Source of the DNA: a virus
IMG/VR virus record: IMGVR_UViG_3300014208_000032
Location: 73,116-137,115 of that record
DNA length: 64,000 nt
Strand: one strand, 5' to 3'
Within the stretch, counting starts at the first letter, position 1; every line of letters starts with the position of its first letter. Positions 9,601-20,130 of this stretch are shown here, piece by piece. The notes beneath the pieces were generated by a model. The model did not search any database. It saw nothing but the letters and a program-made list of their open reading frames with translations, and was not told where the DNA came from. Both the position numbers and the translations under genes were made by a program.

Positions 9601-10698
9601 ACCAGCTGTTCTGATTTGTCTCGGGGCACGATAAACGGCCTCAACAAGAGTTTCTGCATCAGATCCTTTACTTCCTTGTTGTGAGTTAATGTAATTAACT
9701 ACATAATTAATTGTTGATCCACTTATTACTTTAGAAACACTTTCATTTAAGTTAATAGTTTGAACAGGGACATTACCGGCCAACCCACCACCAACTCGGT
9801 AATAAGCTCTTATTGTATCCCCTCTTTTTAATCTTCTTTCTGGAGTAATATTTTCCGAGCTACCAAATGCAATTTTAATTGTTCCATCAATAGAAACTTC
9901 TCTAACATAAGGTTTAGGAAGTTCTGTAGTTCCCACAAATTGGTTTTGAGCTTTTGGTTCCAGAAAACTAGTTACTTCTTGCAGTTCATTATTAATGGTA
10001 TTTCCGCTCAAACTTTCTGTTTGATAAACTACTAATGAGTTTTTAATAACTGGTTTTTTAGATAAAGTAAATTCAGCAAAATTTTCTCCTTGCACAAGAA
10101 AATCTTCCCAAACAGTAATCCCTTCATAAGCATTAACTCTAAAAATATTATCTGTTCCAATTGTTAGTGAATTAAGAACCACATCTTCAAAATAATTATA
10201 TTTATCTAATTCTTTATTAAAACTTATAAACTCAAAACTTTTTATATTGCCAGTTGCATCAATACTAGTAATTGTTTTTGGAGAGAAATTTATAGCAGGA
10301 GTAACCCCTACACCGTTTTTATATCCAATAGTAATTGTATGGTCAAAAAGAGTAATATCTCCTCCACCAACAGAAACTTCAACTGGAATTTCTGCAGCAA
10401 CTGTTGTGGATAATTTATAATTAAGCAACTTAAGAAATCTAAACTTAGAAACATCTTGTGTTGCCAGACCAGTAAATCCTTCATTTGTTATAAAATCAAT
10501 TCTTGAAGAAAGAAGATGAGTTATTTGAGAAAATAGAGAAATAAGAATATTTGACGGAGTTGAAGTAAGAAAATCTTCCCAAGCAGTGCTATAATCTGGA
10601 TTCTCTCTAATAAAATTTCTTATATCGTTTGCAATTAGGTCTGCATTTAAACCTGTATAAGATGCTAATGGGAAATTTTGAACCACTTCATTTGTCAC
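6670..10698 (-). CDS. Baseplate wedge protein, T4 gp6/P2 gpJ-like
   Basis: N-term YTGLNAD.I..DI..FI....W.DF; YRVGGGLAGNV; GSDAETL....RAP......RLVTVEDYE; adjacent to gp25-like gene; GTG start. Confidence 0.85.
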   Translation of the reverse strand: MTNEVVQNFPLASYTGLNADLIANDIRNFIRENPDYSTAWEDFLTSTPSNILISLFSQITHLLSSRIDFITNEGFTGLATQDVSKFRFLKLLNYKLSTTVAAEIPVEVSVGGGDITLFDHTITIGYKNGVGVTPAINFSPKTITSIDATGNIKSFEFISFNKELDKYNYFEDVVLNSLTIGTDNIFRVNAYEGITVWEDFLVQGENFAEFTLSKKPVIKNSLVVYQTESLSGNTINNELQEVTSFLEPKAQNQFVGTTELPKPYVREVSIDGTIKIAFGSSENITPERRLKRGDTIRAYYRVGGGLAGNVPVQTINLNESVSKVISGSTINYVVNYINSQQGSKGSDAETLVEAVYRAPRQIRTAGRLVTVEDYETIIGTNPNVIKSKSYGQFNLPPDFEERYGFYPNPMDVWNFVLMKKPNWETLLPSQYSSFEWLTTNLQNHFNGEYYFRKGELGVQLTPDTYLKYSSAAPVNFGYGNTRTLKNYYVLDTPLEFKDNVYTLPVGYAGEALTIDNRNLDVKFSFSNINVMTTVGAKKRVEYENSSYQILPDSDKTFIKADDFLDRGYYEMFEDIFAEYRLDITDRLLNSSIDIGIVAQNLLINLDSIDADVLIDFRTAAFTGSGPTNMIDVNGGFTWSIPLGTADPTNPAHDALKKGFVQVLNYLFDNLYSETTYPYYQFSYTISSPTSFITSIENIENTVYGVEIILDGVPTTFTINTGYDQRWFIVADKLNYLISLEPTLAGNVYFVIEDDSPNVWKLRLRCNNIATPVSVTITNVNIEANPNLFYALDNTVTGVAYTTGTVSYASVCSLDTSSVVGKTYFVMRSPVKGFASKITFKTTENQAYTRVFGITYSNQNLYCYGQKRLSVSVSGTPSLVNSVYTFSPSSTFGKLYYEGGAFNATQPQIYLNYVYENNDSIFVGDHLLATRAEAARLIYNTILTERNVGAVLKVTVDKTLSIPIVKVTQNPIQAPAIYSIAGMDLVVSTPAIKEFDTSSLAAIGTGETFLFKIQIDAQVAPSSFTLNSTTLGGVWVDNDDFFAKVCVYLNASLSPQVYNGPVTVVSYNSTSNVLKFTTKDVGVVGKIIFVKSASSDFLSLLLGVTVYNTWANETYYYVNGDYQLEWIDDNYQYKFSVTNNPLSLIGDGVNYFHFVEDNRLIRRVAAQRGDDLNVSSELYDAYFEKYKVVTDEDELNSFLEPYRIVGIQNQFKQPVITPFTISADVYVSASIGVSQVKRSLEAAIYQRYNLENAQIGVSLSKSEIIAEMIKVNGVIFVDFKYLGKDPKEEFVYKTSYNDVSTDVKLREFIDCTFDELLVLSENVIELSRQVAGFLINYKVMAGK

Positions 10699-10701
10699 GT
10701 C

Positions 10702-11052
10702 TTACTCCTGTGTATCGAAAGGCAGTTGAATTGATAATTCTTCGAATGTTGAATTAATTAATATTTTTAATACTATAAATAACTTATTTGGCTCAAGAGT
10801 TTTTCTTTCAAAAGAAATATCTTGAATCGTAACCCTAGGTTCATAAATTATAATTGCTCGGGCAATCTCATCTCTGATTAAATCTGTCAAATTATAATCA
10901 AGTTCAAAAAGAAACTCATTTAATCGGCACCCAAAAAAAGGATCACCAAGTATTTCTCCTGGTGATGTCATTAATATGTTTTTAATGGATTGTGAGATGC
11001 TGTCTTTTAAACTACCTGTCTTAAAATAATCACTAGAAAATATAATTGCCAT
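10702..11052 (-). CDS. Baseplate wedge subunit, gp25/gpW-like
   Basis: SI.QSIKNILMTSPGE....PFFGCRL..FLFE....I..AI..YEPRV..QDI signature; 116 aa. Confidence 0.9.
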   Translation of the reverse strand: MAIIFSSDYFKTGSLKDSISQSIKNILMTSPGEILGDPFFGCRLNEFLFELDYNLTDLIRDEIARAIIIYEPRVTIQDISFERKTLEPNKLFIVLKILINSTFEELSIQLPFDTQE

Positions 11053-11085
11053 ATAATTTATCTTGACGATTATTTTTTTGGTTAA

Positions 11086-14000
11086 TTACGGAGTTGTTGA
11101 TAGTTTTAATTCGGAAGTAAAAGTATAACCATCTAAGTTAATCCCACCAAGAGGATTAAATACGGGATAAATCCAACTAAGTTTTCCAACACCAAGTTGA
11201 TCCGTAAGTTCTATAATTCTACCAGTTGGTCCAGCATTTCCGTAAATGTTTGTATATCTTGCTGTTCTTAATATTATTTTCCATCCAGAACTAGTTATTA
11301 CATTGTATACTGGGTTATAAAAATCAACATCATCATACCACTCAATAGTGACAGAATTTTTTACATATAAAGTATAATCATATGGCAAATTAGTTGGCAT
11401 TATAGTTAACAAAATGGCGTGTAATTGTTGTTCTGTATAATTTCCTGCAGGAATCGAATAAGATGGAACATAAGTTGTTACTAACGGCAACGTTGGTGAA
11501 TAAATTGGGTAATCTATATCATAATAAGTTCGGTAAATACAGGTAATGTCAGTTGCTGTCTTTGTAAGATCTTTCGCTACTCCATTACCTCTTCTTAAAA
11601 TAACATTACTTAAGAAAGTATTTGTGTTTGCTATTGGATAGGGAGGTGATGAAGAAACGATATTCTGAAAACCATTTGTGAAATTTCCTCTTATTCCATT
11701 ACCACCAGATGCTGTGTAGGAGCCATTATTTAAAATAGATGTTTGATTTCCTGTTAAAACACCTTTAGAATATTCTTGAGTGTCAAGAGAAACCACTGCG
11801 CCTTGATAAATTTTTTTGTATTTAAAATATATACTATAATTGTTATAATTACTAAGAGATGTGGCACTAATTGTTGCCGATGGCATTCCATCTGAAGCAA
11901 TTATTGGACTAAAAGTTACATAAGCTTCGGTATCAGCAATTTTACTCGTATCTGACACGATGTTAAATATTTTAGATGCACCAGTGTTTCCATATAAATT
12001 TTTATAGAAATATTTTATTGATCTAATTTTGCTGTTGTCAATAATTATTCCCCCAGAATAAATTTCCCCTTCACTAACAACAGCTCCAGCTCCATAGCTA
12101 GAGTCATAAGTTTTGTAATTTAAAACATTCCCATCTTTTATCAAACCGCTTCCAAAAGAAATTTGGAGAACATTAAGAGCTACATAATAATAACTAAACA
12201 CCGAATCATTAGCATTAAAAACAAAGTTTTCTGCAGCAGGGGTTGAAAATAAACCACCAACTTCGTTATCTAATATTAATTGTTTGTAATAATAAGTAAT
12301 AGCAGCAATTGATTTTCCACCAATTTCTCCAGGGCCACTTTGTGTTGCAGCAGAATCGTAACTATTATATCCGTCTCCACCATAACCAATTTCGGATTTA
12401 TTTGGAATTTGCAATGTTAAATATTTTGATTCTTTTTTTAAACTTGGTTGCCAAGCCAAAGAAGTTCCCGCCATTCTACCATTAACATCTTTTTTAAGGT
12501 TTATTTTCTGGCCTCTATAGCCACCATCATCAGGAGAATCAAAAATAATATTATAGATTGAGGCAACAACACTGCCATTATTTCCGCCAGAAACTCGCTG
12601 CCAAAACGAAACACCTTCTGTTTTGTTGGTATTTTTTTCATAATACCCAAGACCATGAATTCCAACCATAGTATAACCAGCTATATCATCCCTAGTTCCA
12701 CTTTGCCCTCTTGAACCACCAGCAGCAATTTGTGTATCTAATTTTATGACAGAGTTATTAAAAACTACTTCTGTATTCCTTTCACTACCATTAGAACTTT
12801 CCCATAATATAGTTGGTGGATTTGTTTCCCAATTTAAACCAATTCCATTAGTTCCAGACATTCCTTTTTGAAGTGTGGTGGTAATTTCTATATCATCTGG
12901 ATAGTCGTCTGAGGTTTTCTTTTTCCATTCGTTAGAAAAAAGATTTACTTGCCCAGAGCCACCAGAGCCACCATAACTAGCTTTATGCCCCCAATACGCC
13001 CCTCTTCCACCGCCACCACCATGTCCAGAAACTAATCCAGCAATAAAGAACTCATAAACTTTTTTATTTTTTAAGGGAATTGTTTTATTCACTATTTGAT
13101 AAACTTCAGTGTCTGTTTTTTCAATTAATAAACTTGGTTCATAAACTGTTTTTTTACTGTAAAATTTATAAGTTTTAGACACATAAGCTGTGCTATTAAA
13201 ATATTCTTCTAATCCAGTTTTTGGAATTAATCTTATTTTAAAAATCCCTTCTCTAACATTAAGAGAGGTTAAGTTGTTAGAATTATCTTGAACGGTGCCA
13301 TTTGGTCTAAAAATTACTTTGCCTTGTTCTTCTAATTTAATAAAGTGAGATCCTGAAGTGCTATTATAAAACGTGCCATTAAAATTAGTGATTTCGAATT
13401 GTCCATAAGTATAATCATAACTTCCTATGTCAAGTAGGTCATCTTTTGTTATAACCAAAGAGGATACTGAATCATTTTCGTTGTAAAAATAATCATTTTT
13501 AAATGCATCTTCGACAAGAGATGTGTTCCAGTTTAGATTAGTGTTAGAATAAAGCACTGCTCTTACTATAGGAGAAGAAATATAGTTAGGATGCGAAATT
13601 CCAAATGAAAAATTTTGTCTTAGTGTTTTGAATTCCATTTGAAAAGTTGTTCTTAGACAAACTAATCCAGCGTCATAAGTGGCATTATTTTCAACTCCAT
13701 TGATAGAAATTTTAGCATTAGAAACAATGTCATCTAAATCTCCAATATTTCCCAAATAAAGTTCTACAGTAACTTCTTTTACAAATCCAGTTCCAAATAA
13801 TATCTTATATTCAGTTCCAGTTATGTTAACATAATTTCCATCAACTTTAAATTTCAAATTATTTTCAGTAGTTAATAATATTTTATTTTTAACCATACTA
13901 ACAACCACATTATCTTTTCCAATCACCCAATCAAAAACAATTCTTCTGTCAACATCGCTATTGTCACTTCTTTTGTCTGTGATTATATACTGCCCACTAA

Positions 14001-17000
14001 TATCCTCCCAAAGAGCATTGTCAGGAGTTTTGTAATAGTTAAACTGAACAGAGGTATCTTCATTAATGTCGCCTGTAAAATTTTCTAAATCTGCTGGATA
14101 GATACTATCAAGAAGTGTATAACCCTCTGTTTCTTTATATGTAATAATTTTAGAATTATCCGCAACACAAGTTCCAAGAGGGAGAGAAGAATCTCTATCA
14201 ACTTTTAGCTTATAAATATTTTTTGCACCAAATCCAATTTTAAACAACCTTGTATCATTATGAGTTTCTTGTATCGTCTCTACTACACCCATTTTCCCTT
14301 TCGTGTAAAATATTACAGTTCTACTAAAAGACCCTGGGTGAAAACGAAGTGAATTTAATCCTGTAATTTTAGGAGTAATTTTAAATATATAAGCAGTTGC
14401 TTCTTTTAGTCCACTTATAATAACAGTTTGATCCGCAGTTCTTTTTATTAATGCAGCATCATTTGGGTTTGTGACATAAACGTTAGTTGGTGAATAAGTT
14501 AGTTTAGAGAAAGAACCAGAAACTATTTTAGGAACAACAGTTAATTTTCTATATTCAATCTCATAGTAATTTGGTTCTTCTATACCGTTTGATCCAAAAA
14601 AACTCTGAACCAAATCTAAAGTAATGCTATTATAATTTGGCTCAGATGCTACATCATACTCAACTAATGGGTTGTTTTTAAAAATATCAGTATTATATGT
14701 TGTTAATATTCTTGTTGTTGGTTTTCCAAAAGAATAAAATTCATTGATAACAGTGCTATTTATATTGAGATAATTCATCGTAAATGAATTAGCAACATTA
14801 GGAGCATCATAAATTGGAGAACCATAACAACTTACAATTATGGCAGCATTTTTTGTGCTACAGTAAACGTAAAGTTTATTTTTATTAATTCCATCACTAT
14901 AAATTTTAAACTCTGGTGTAGACGTGGTTATTGGATTATTAATAGAATTATATCCACCACCAATTAATTCTTGAGAGTTTGTTTGAATTGTTTTACTAAG
15001 CTCTGGAATATTAATTTTCCAATAGTTAATTTGAGAAAGATCTCTTCCGTTTGAAATTGTATCAGCAGTTATTTCTGTAACAAAATAATCTGTTAATTTA
15101 CTTGTTAATTCTTTTGTTCTGGAAATGAAGGTTATAAAATTTGAATTAATATTAGAAATTTCCCTTAAAACTTCTGTGTTTCCAAATTTATTTGTTTCTG
15201 CTACTCTATAAACCTCTGTAATTGTATTGTAGTGGGTTTGTGCATTAGTATTACTTGCTACTAAGGAAAGTTGAATAGTGTCTCCTTCGTTAACCAGGAG
15301 GGTTATAGTGCCAGAATTAATAACTTCTATTCCGTTTGCAAGAATAGAATCGGCATTAGCACAAGTAATTTCACTAAATGTTATATTATAAGAAACAGAT
15401 GTAAAATTAACATCAATTGGCAATCTTGTGTAAGCTGTTTTATAAAAAATGGTGTCCTGAAGAGGATTACCAAAATTATCTAACCTTTCACCAACTCTAA
15501 ATTTTGTAGTATAAAGAGCTGGGGCGACAATTGAACCAAAAGTGTTTATGTTATAATTTGCAGCTATAGAATTTCTATACCAAATTTTTACTCTATAGTT
15601 TGTTCCATCTTTTAAATTATACTCTGTGTAGGTTGAGGAAGGGGTGTAAATGCCAGGGTCTGTTGGCGGAATTAAATCTGTTGATTTATAAACTTTATAG
15701 GCAAATTCATTATTGCCCCCAAAATCTCCCATTAATGTTACTGTAATTTGTTTTTGTGTTACAGTAGAAACTTCAAAAGTTGGTATTGTTACTGATTTTT
15801 TAAGCGGAATTAATCCACCAAAAGAATAAATAACATTACTATAATCAACAGAAGCTCCAACGGTTGGTATTGCTTCAAACGTAATCGAATGAGGAGAAGA
15901 TGGAAGAATTTGATATAGACCAGTAGTATCAATATAACCAATATTTGATGTGGCGTATTTTCCTGCTATAGCATTCCAAATACAATCATAGGTCCCAAAA
16001 ACTCCATTGTCAATTTTAACAATAATTTTTTCTATGTTAGTATTTTGTAATTCATTGATTTCTATTTTAAATCCCCAAACTAATGGAGTGATTGTTTTAT
16101 TAATTTCATTAGCAATTACTTTCTTCTTGAGAGGAACAAACTCTTTGTAATTAGTAACAGAATTATTATTAATAAGAACTGGAAATGTTGAGCTTTCTAT
16201 AGCGTTTACTTTATCTGTTGGATAATATTGAGAATTTCCACCACCTTTGAAGTAAATTTTATGAGGAGTAATGCTTGGCAATAAAGGAGTATCAGTTATT
16301 AGTGATGGATAGGTTATTGTTTTGTCTTTAATAGAAATCCAAGAATTAGAATTATCAAGATTCCAAAATATATTGTCTTTATCATTAAAATTATTATAGT
16401 AATCACCAATCTTTAGAGTGAAACCATGCTCCCTAGATTCAAAATATGTAATAAGAATTAATGGGTCAATAGAATTTTGTTTTCTTGCTACATGAACATT
16501 ATCAACAAATCCATTAACCATCGTCTTTACGTCTGTAAAATAAGATATATCTACATAATCTCCATTATCTTCTGTGTCAAAAGAAATTAATAAAGTCAAA
16601 GTTTCTTCTGGATTTAATCCAGTAAATGTTTTTGTCCAAGATTCTGAATGAAGGAATTTTCCTTCCGATCTTAATGTTGGAGTGCTATTGCTTGTTAACT
16701 GAGACGTTAATCTATAAGAAGCAGATGTAATAAATCCAACTTCTACAGCATTTACTAAATAAGTATATTTATTATAGGCAAGAGTTCCAGTATTTATTGT
16801 AAAAATAATTCCGTTTGTGTTGGTTAACACATAAGAAACTGTGGGTGATTCATCAATTCTTGTTTTGCCAGTTATAATATTATAATCAGTTATTTGATTA
16901 TGATACCAATCGTTATTTCCAATATCTGGTTCTGCCCAAATCTTTAACTGTTTACCAAACAACTCACTTGGTTTAGTGGTGGTTAGTGAATAGTTTGTAA

Positions 17001-20000
17001 AAGTTGCACTTGCAGTAAATAAACTATTAATCGTGTTATTGTGGGAATATTTTAGTGTATAAGCAGAAGATGGGCCAGTTTTTTCAAACACTGGACTTGC
17101 AGCAACATAAGATAAAGAAAATTCGCCAAACGTTTGTGCAAGAAGAACTCTAGGTATTAGCTTCTTCCCCTCAGAAGAAACAATACTTTCAGAAATAGGT
17201 GTGATAAAGAATTCTGGTTTATATTCTATGGAGAAACCTAATTCCAAATAAATTGGGCTTGTTTCTTCTATATCTAAATAATTCGCATCAGAATAGAGAT
17301 TGATAATATTTTCTGTTCCTACAGTAGGTATTCCACCCGAATAACTGGCAATACCTAAATTATCTCTAGAAACATTGATATCAATAATTCCAGTAGAGCT
17401 TTCAACAACCTCAATATATTTTCTGCTACCGATTTGTGGATTTAGATAACTTACTTTATGAGTTCTATCTGCTTGAGTATAAGTAATATCCCCAATAGTA
17501 TAAACTGTTGAATTAAATAAACTAGTAAAATCCATAGTAATACCATTATTTAATTTTGTAACAGTAGGAGTAAATGTTGGGGTTGTTTTTCTAGACACAA
17601 TAACTGCATCTGCAGTTATTGGTAATGCTTCGTATTTTTTATTATTACCAACTCCATCAATTATAGGAGTGAATGTGACATACATCGGCAATCTACAATC
17701 AATGTCGTTAGTTACATCTATATATTTATTAGGAATTGCACTCCAATCTGCCACAGAAGTACTTCCTAAATTTTTTGGAGCATTTGTTCCAACAACAACG
17801 GAAGTATTAAAAGAAATCACTACACCAATACTTGTTCTAATTCTGTTAGTAGCAGCAATAGAAATATTATAGTTGGCTTTCCAATCATTTACGCCCAAAG
17901 CGTAAGGAGTTCCTACAGTAGAATTAAAAGAAACTTTTTCTTTTGGAGGAGTAAAACTAATAATACTATTTTTTTCTCCAAATCCAGCGTTCTCAGAAAA
18001 ATTAATTCCTATGTAATAGGTATCTCCATCTAAAAAATTCATAATGACAGAAGAAACATTTCCATTAAGAACTTGGTAATCAAGAGGTATCCCAGAAAAA
18101 TCTTCAATTGTTGAATAGAGAGCTTTGTTTGCCCCATCCGTTCCAACACAATAATAAAAACTTGATACAGGAGGAGCGACAGAAAGGTTGGTTGTGTAGT
18201 AAGTTGCTGCTGCACTAAGATCTGAATTTACATTGGCTCTTAGTTTATCAATAAAAATTGATATTCTAACCTTATCAGATGTTAAATCAAAATCACTCAA
18301 AGAATAAACAGTAGAAGCATTAGAAAAAATTCCTACTGGTTTTGTCCAAGATATTTTTTGATACCAAGGTTTAGGAGGAGATGTTTCGGTATCTTTGTAA
18401 ATATCTGTAGATATATTTGGTGAATTTTGTTCTTTCTTGTCTATAACTATTCTCAATTGATCTATGGTTAAATAACTAGTTGGAATAATTTTATCAACAA
18501 TTATTTTATAAGCATAATCATAATTGGTTACAATAAACCCATTAACATCGGTTTGTAGCTGCCCAACAGTATAAGTTGGAACACGAGCTTTTACAATATC
18601 AACAACTATTGTTTTAATCTCTGGTAAATTTACTCCATTAGAATCTTGTCCATTGGATATGATATAAATTTCGTCTTTAATACTTAAATTACTAATATCA
18701 GAAACAAACACTCTTGTTCTATTATCAGCATCAAGAAGGATTTTTTTCACTGTGAAATTGTTTTCAATGATATTATTACTAGCTTGTTTTTGTAGAATTG
18801 CTCTCTCTAAAAGATCAAAACCTTTTTCGGATTTCACGAGACTAACAAGAGTTCCAATTGCTTTATCTAATCTTCCACCAATATAAACATATTTTTGTTC
18901 ACCGCCTTCTGTAAGAAGTTGCGGAGTTCCTCTGATGACTTCCCATCTTTTTTCAAAAACATCATTTGCAATGTCTTTAAGAGTGTTTAAGATGGCAGTA
19001 GATCTATCACCAGATGTTGGGCAGCCGCTTATTCCATAAACACCAAAAGATGTTGCGGAAGTTGTTGCATTATAATCAACTTCAAAACTAACACTATTAA
19101 GAAGAGTTTCTATATTTGATAATACAACTGTTAATCTTGTGTTAATAAGAATATTTTGTGCTTTTACTACAGCAGTTGGTTCATAAAAAGAAGAATAATT
19201 AATATAAAACTGCCATTCTTCAAAAATTGCTTTTAATTTATTAACCAAGGCAACTCTTATTGTGTTGATCATTGTTGTTGATAAAGAACCAAGATTTTGA
19301 TACACCTTCACGTTAGCAGAAAGAATTCCATTTTCTACCATTACTTCAAACGAATACCTATTTGTTCCGGCATCTTTTACAATAACTTTTGCTAAGGCCA
19401 CATAATTTTCGTTATCATCTTTAATAAGAACAAGTGTTCCATCTGTTATTGATGTATAGCCAGTTAAAATAACAGAAGAGTCATTTGCAGGAACGGATGA
19501 AATATAATCAGAAACAGAATTTCCAGCAGGTGCTCCAGTTTTTATTCCTTCAAATAAACTAAAGTAATTAGCCAATGTAGCAGATTTAAAAAAGTATCTT
19601 GTATCTGGATAGGCCGCAAATTTACCAACACCTTCTTCCCAATTGTTGTAATGAACCAAAGATTCTGGTGTAGTATAAAATTCAAAATCAGTAAGTGCTC
19701 TTATTTCTGTGTTATAAATGTCATTCAGATCTTGATAGAAATGATAAGTTGCATTAACAACAGAATCTAATGTTGCCACTTTTTTAAGAACAGGAGAATC
19801 CCAATACTCTCTCGTAATAACATTTCTTAAGTTATCATATTTTTTGTAGTAATATTTTTTAACCCTAAAATCTGATGGGATAAACTCCCCACCATTGTTT
19901 CTACCAAATTTATAATTATTTATTAATTCAAGCTCAAAAGAATAACCAGTTGTTCTGGAGTTTTCAATATGAAAACTTTCTCTGCTTTGTTCATCTTGTT

Positions 20001-20124
20001 CGTATGAAATGTAATTGGCAACGCTTTTATATTCTTGAATAAGTGCGTTTGAGGTGCTCTCAATAGAATTGAGATTATCAATAAATGTAGAAGTACTACT
20101 TTTTCTAAAATTAATATCGCTCAT
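11086..20124 (-). CDS. Very large (3012 aa) virion structural/adhesin-like tail protein
   Basis: Inside the baseplate operon; S/T/N-rich beta composition; FN3-like segments (YNLKDGTNYRVKIWYRNS; IISGLKEATAYIFKITP); glycine-rich tail-fibre-type domain (GHGGGGGRG...GGSGGSG). Confidence 0.6.
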   Translation of the reverse strand: MSDINFRKSSTSTFIDNLNSIESTSNALIQEYKSVANYISYEQDEQSRESFHIENSRTTGYSFELELINNYKFGRNNGGEFIPSDFRVKKYYYKKYDNLRNVITREYWDSPVLKKVATLDSVVNATYHFYQDLNDIYNTEIRALTDFEFYTTPESLVHYNNWEEGVGKFAAYPDTRYFFKSATLANYFSLFEGIKTGAPAGNSVSDYISSVPANDSSVILTGYTSITDGTLVLIKDDNENYVALAKVIVKDAGTNRYSFEVMVENGILSANVKVYQNLGSLSTTMINTIRVALVNKLKAIFEEWQFYINYSSFYEPTAVVKAQNILINTRLTVVLSNIETLLNSVSFEVDYNATTSATSFGVYGISGCPTSGDRSTAILNTLKDIANDVFEKRWEVIRGTPQLLTEGGEQKYVYIGGRLDKAIGTLVSLVKSEKGFDLLERAILQKQASNNIIENNFTVKKILLDADNRTRVFVSDISNLSIKDEIYIISNGQDSNGVNLPEIKTIVVDIVKARVPTYTVGQLQTDVNGFIVTNYDYAYKIIVDKIIPTSYLTIDQLRIVIDKKEQNSPNISTDIYKDTETSPPKPWYQKISWTKPVGIFSNASTVYSLSDFDLTSDKVRISIFIDKLRANVNSDLSAAATYYTTNLSVAPPVSSFYYCVGTDGANKALYSTIEDFSGIPLDYQVLNGNVSSVIMNFLDGDTYYIGINFSENAGFGEKNSIISFTPPKEKVSFNSTVGTPYALGVNDWKANYNISIAATNRIRTSIGVVISFNTSVVVGTNAPKNLGSTSVADWSAIPNKYIDVTNDIDCRLPMYVTFTPIIDGVGNNKKYEALPITADAVIVSRKTTPTFTPTVTKLNNGITMDFTSLFNSTVYTIGDITYTQADRTHKVSYLNPQIGSRKYIEVVESSTGIIDINVSRDNLGIASYSGGIPTVGTENIINLYSDANYLDIEETSPIYLELGFSIEYKPEFFITPISESIVSSEGKKLIPRVLLAQTFGEFSLSYVAASPVFEKTGPSSAYTLKYSHNNTINSLFTASATFTNYSLTTTKPSELFGKQLKIWAEPDIGNNDWYHNQITDYNIITGKTRIDESPTVSYVLTNTNGIIFTINTGTLAYNKYTYLVNAVEVGFITSASYRLTSQLTSNSTPTLRSEGKFLHSESWTKTFTGLNPEETLTLLISFDTEDNGDYVDISYFTDVKTMVNGFVDNVHVARKQNSIDPLILITYFESREHGFTLKIGDYYNNFNDKDNIFWNLDNSNSWISIKDKTITYPSLITDTPLLPSITPHKIYFKGGGNSQYYPTDKVNAIESSTFPVLINNNSVTNYKEFVPLKKKVIANEINKTITPLVWGFKIEINELQNTNIEKIIVKIDNGVFGTYDCIWNAIAGKYATSNIGYIDTTGLYQILPSSPHSITFEAIPTVGASVDYSNVIYSFGGLIPLKKSVTIPTFEVSTVTQKQITVTLMGDFGGNNEFAYKVYKSTDLIPPTDPGIYTPSSTYTEYNLKDGTNYRVKIWYRNSIAANYNINTFGSIVAPALYTTKFRVGERLDNFGNPLQDTIFYKTAYTRLPIDVNFTSVSYNITFSEITCANADSILANGIEVINSGTITLLVNEGDTIQLSLVASNTNAQTHYNTITEVYRVAETNKFGNTEVLREISNINSNFITFISRTKELTSKLTDYFVTEITADTISNGRDLSQINYWKINIPELSKTIQTNSQELIGGGYNSINNPITTSTPEFKIYSDGINKNKLYVYCSTKNAAIIVSCYGSPIYDAPNVANSFTMNYLNINSTVINEFYSFGKPTTRILTTYNTDIFKNNPLVEYDVASEPNYNSITLDLVQSFFGSNGIEEPNYYEIEYRKLTVVPKIVSGSFSKLTYSPTNVYVTNPNDAALIKRTADQTVIISGLKEATAYIFKITPKITGLNSLRFHPGSFSRTVIFYTKGKMGVVETIQETHNDTRLFKIGFGAKNIYKLKVDRDSSLPLGTCVADNSKIITYKETEGYTLLDSIYPADLENFTGDINEDTSVQFNYYKTPDNALWEDISGQYIITDKRSDNSDVDRRIVFDWVIGKDNVVVSMVKNKILLTTENNLKFKVDGNYVNITGTEYKILFGTGFVKEVTVELYLGNIGDLDDIVSNAKISINGVENNATYDAGLVCLRTTFQMEFKTLRQNFSFGISHPNYISSPIVRAVLYSNTNLNWNTSLVEDAFKNDYFYNENDSVSSLVITKDDLLDIGSYDYTYGQFEITNFNGTFYNSTSGSHFIKLEEQGKVIFRPNGTVQDNSNNLTSLNVREGIFKIRLIPKTGLEEYFNSTAYVSKTYKFYSKKTVYEPSLLIEKTDTEVYQIVNKTIPLKNKKVYEFFIAGLVSGHGGGGGRGAYWGHKASYGGSGGSGQVNLFSNEWKKKTSDDYPDDIEITTTLQKGMSGTNGIGLNWETNPPTILWESSNGSERNTEVVFNNSVIKLDTQIAAGGSRGQSGTRDDIAGYTMVGIHGLGYYEKNTNKTEGVSFWQRVSGGNNGSVVASIYNIIFDSPDDGGYRGQKINLKKDVNGRMAGTSLAWQPSLKKESKYLTLQIPNKSEIGYGGDGYNSYDSAATQSGPGEIGGKSIAAITYYYKQLILDNEVGGLFSTPAAENFVFNANDSVFSYYYVALNVLQISFGSGLIKDGNVLNYKTYDSSYGAGAVVSEGEIYSGGIIIDNSKIRSIKYFYKNLYGNTGASKIFNIVSDTSKIADTEAYVTFSPIIASDGMPSATISATSLSNYNNYSIYFKYKKIYQGAVVSLDTQEYSKGVLTGNQTSILNNGSYTASGGNGIRGNFTNGFQNIVSSSPPYPIANTNTFLSNVILRRGNGVAKDLTKTATDITCIYRTYYDIDYPIYSPTLPLVTTYVPSYSIPAGNYTEQQLHAILLTIMPTNLPYDYTLYVKNSVTIEWYDDVDFYNPVYNVITSSGWKIILRTARYTNIYGNAGPTGRIIELTDQLGVGKLSWIYPVFNPLGGINLDGYTFTSELKLSTTP

Positions 20125-20130
20125 GTGAAA

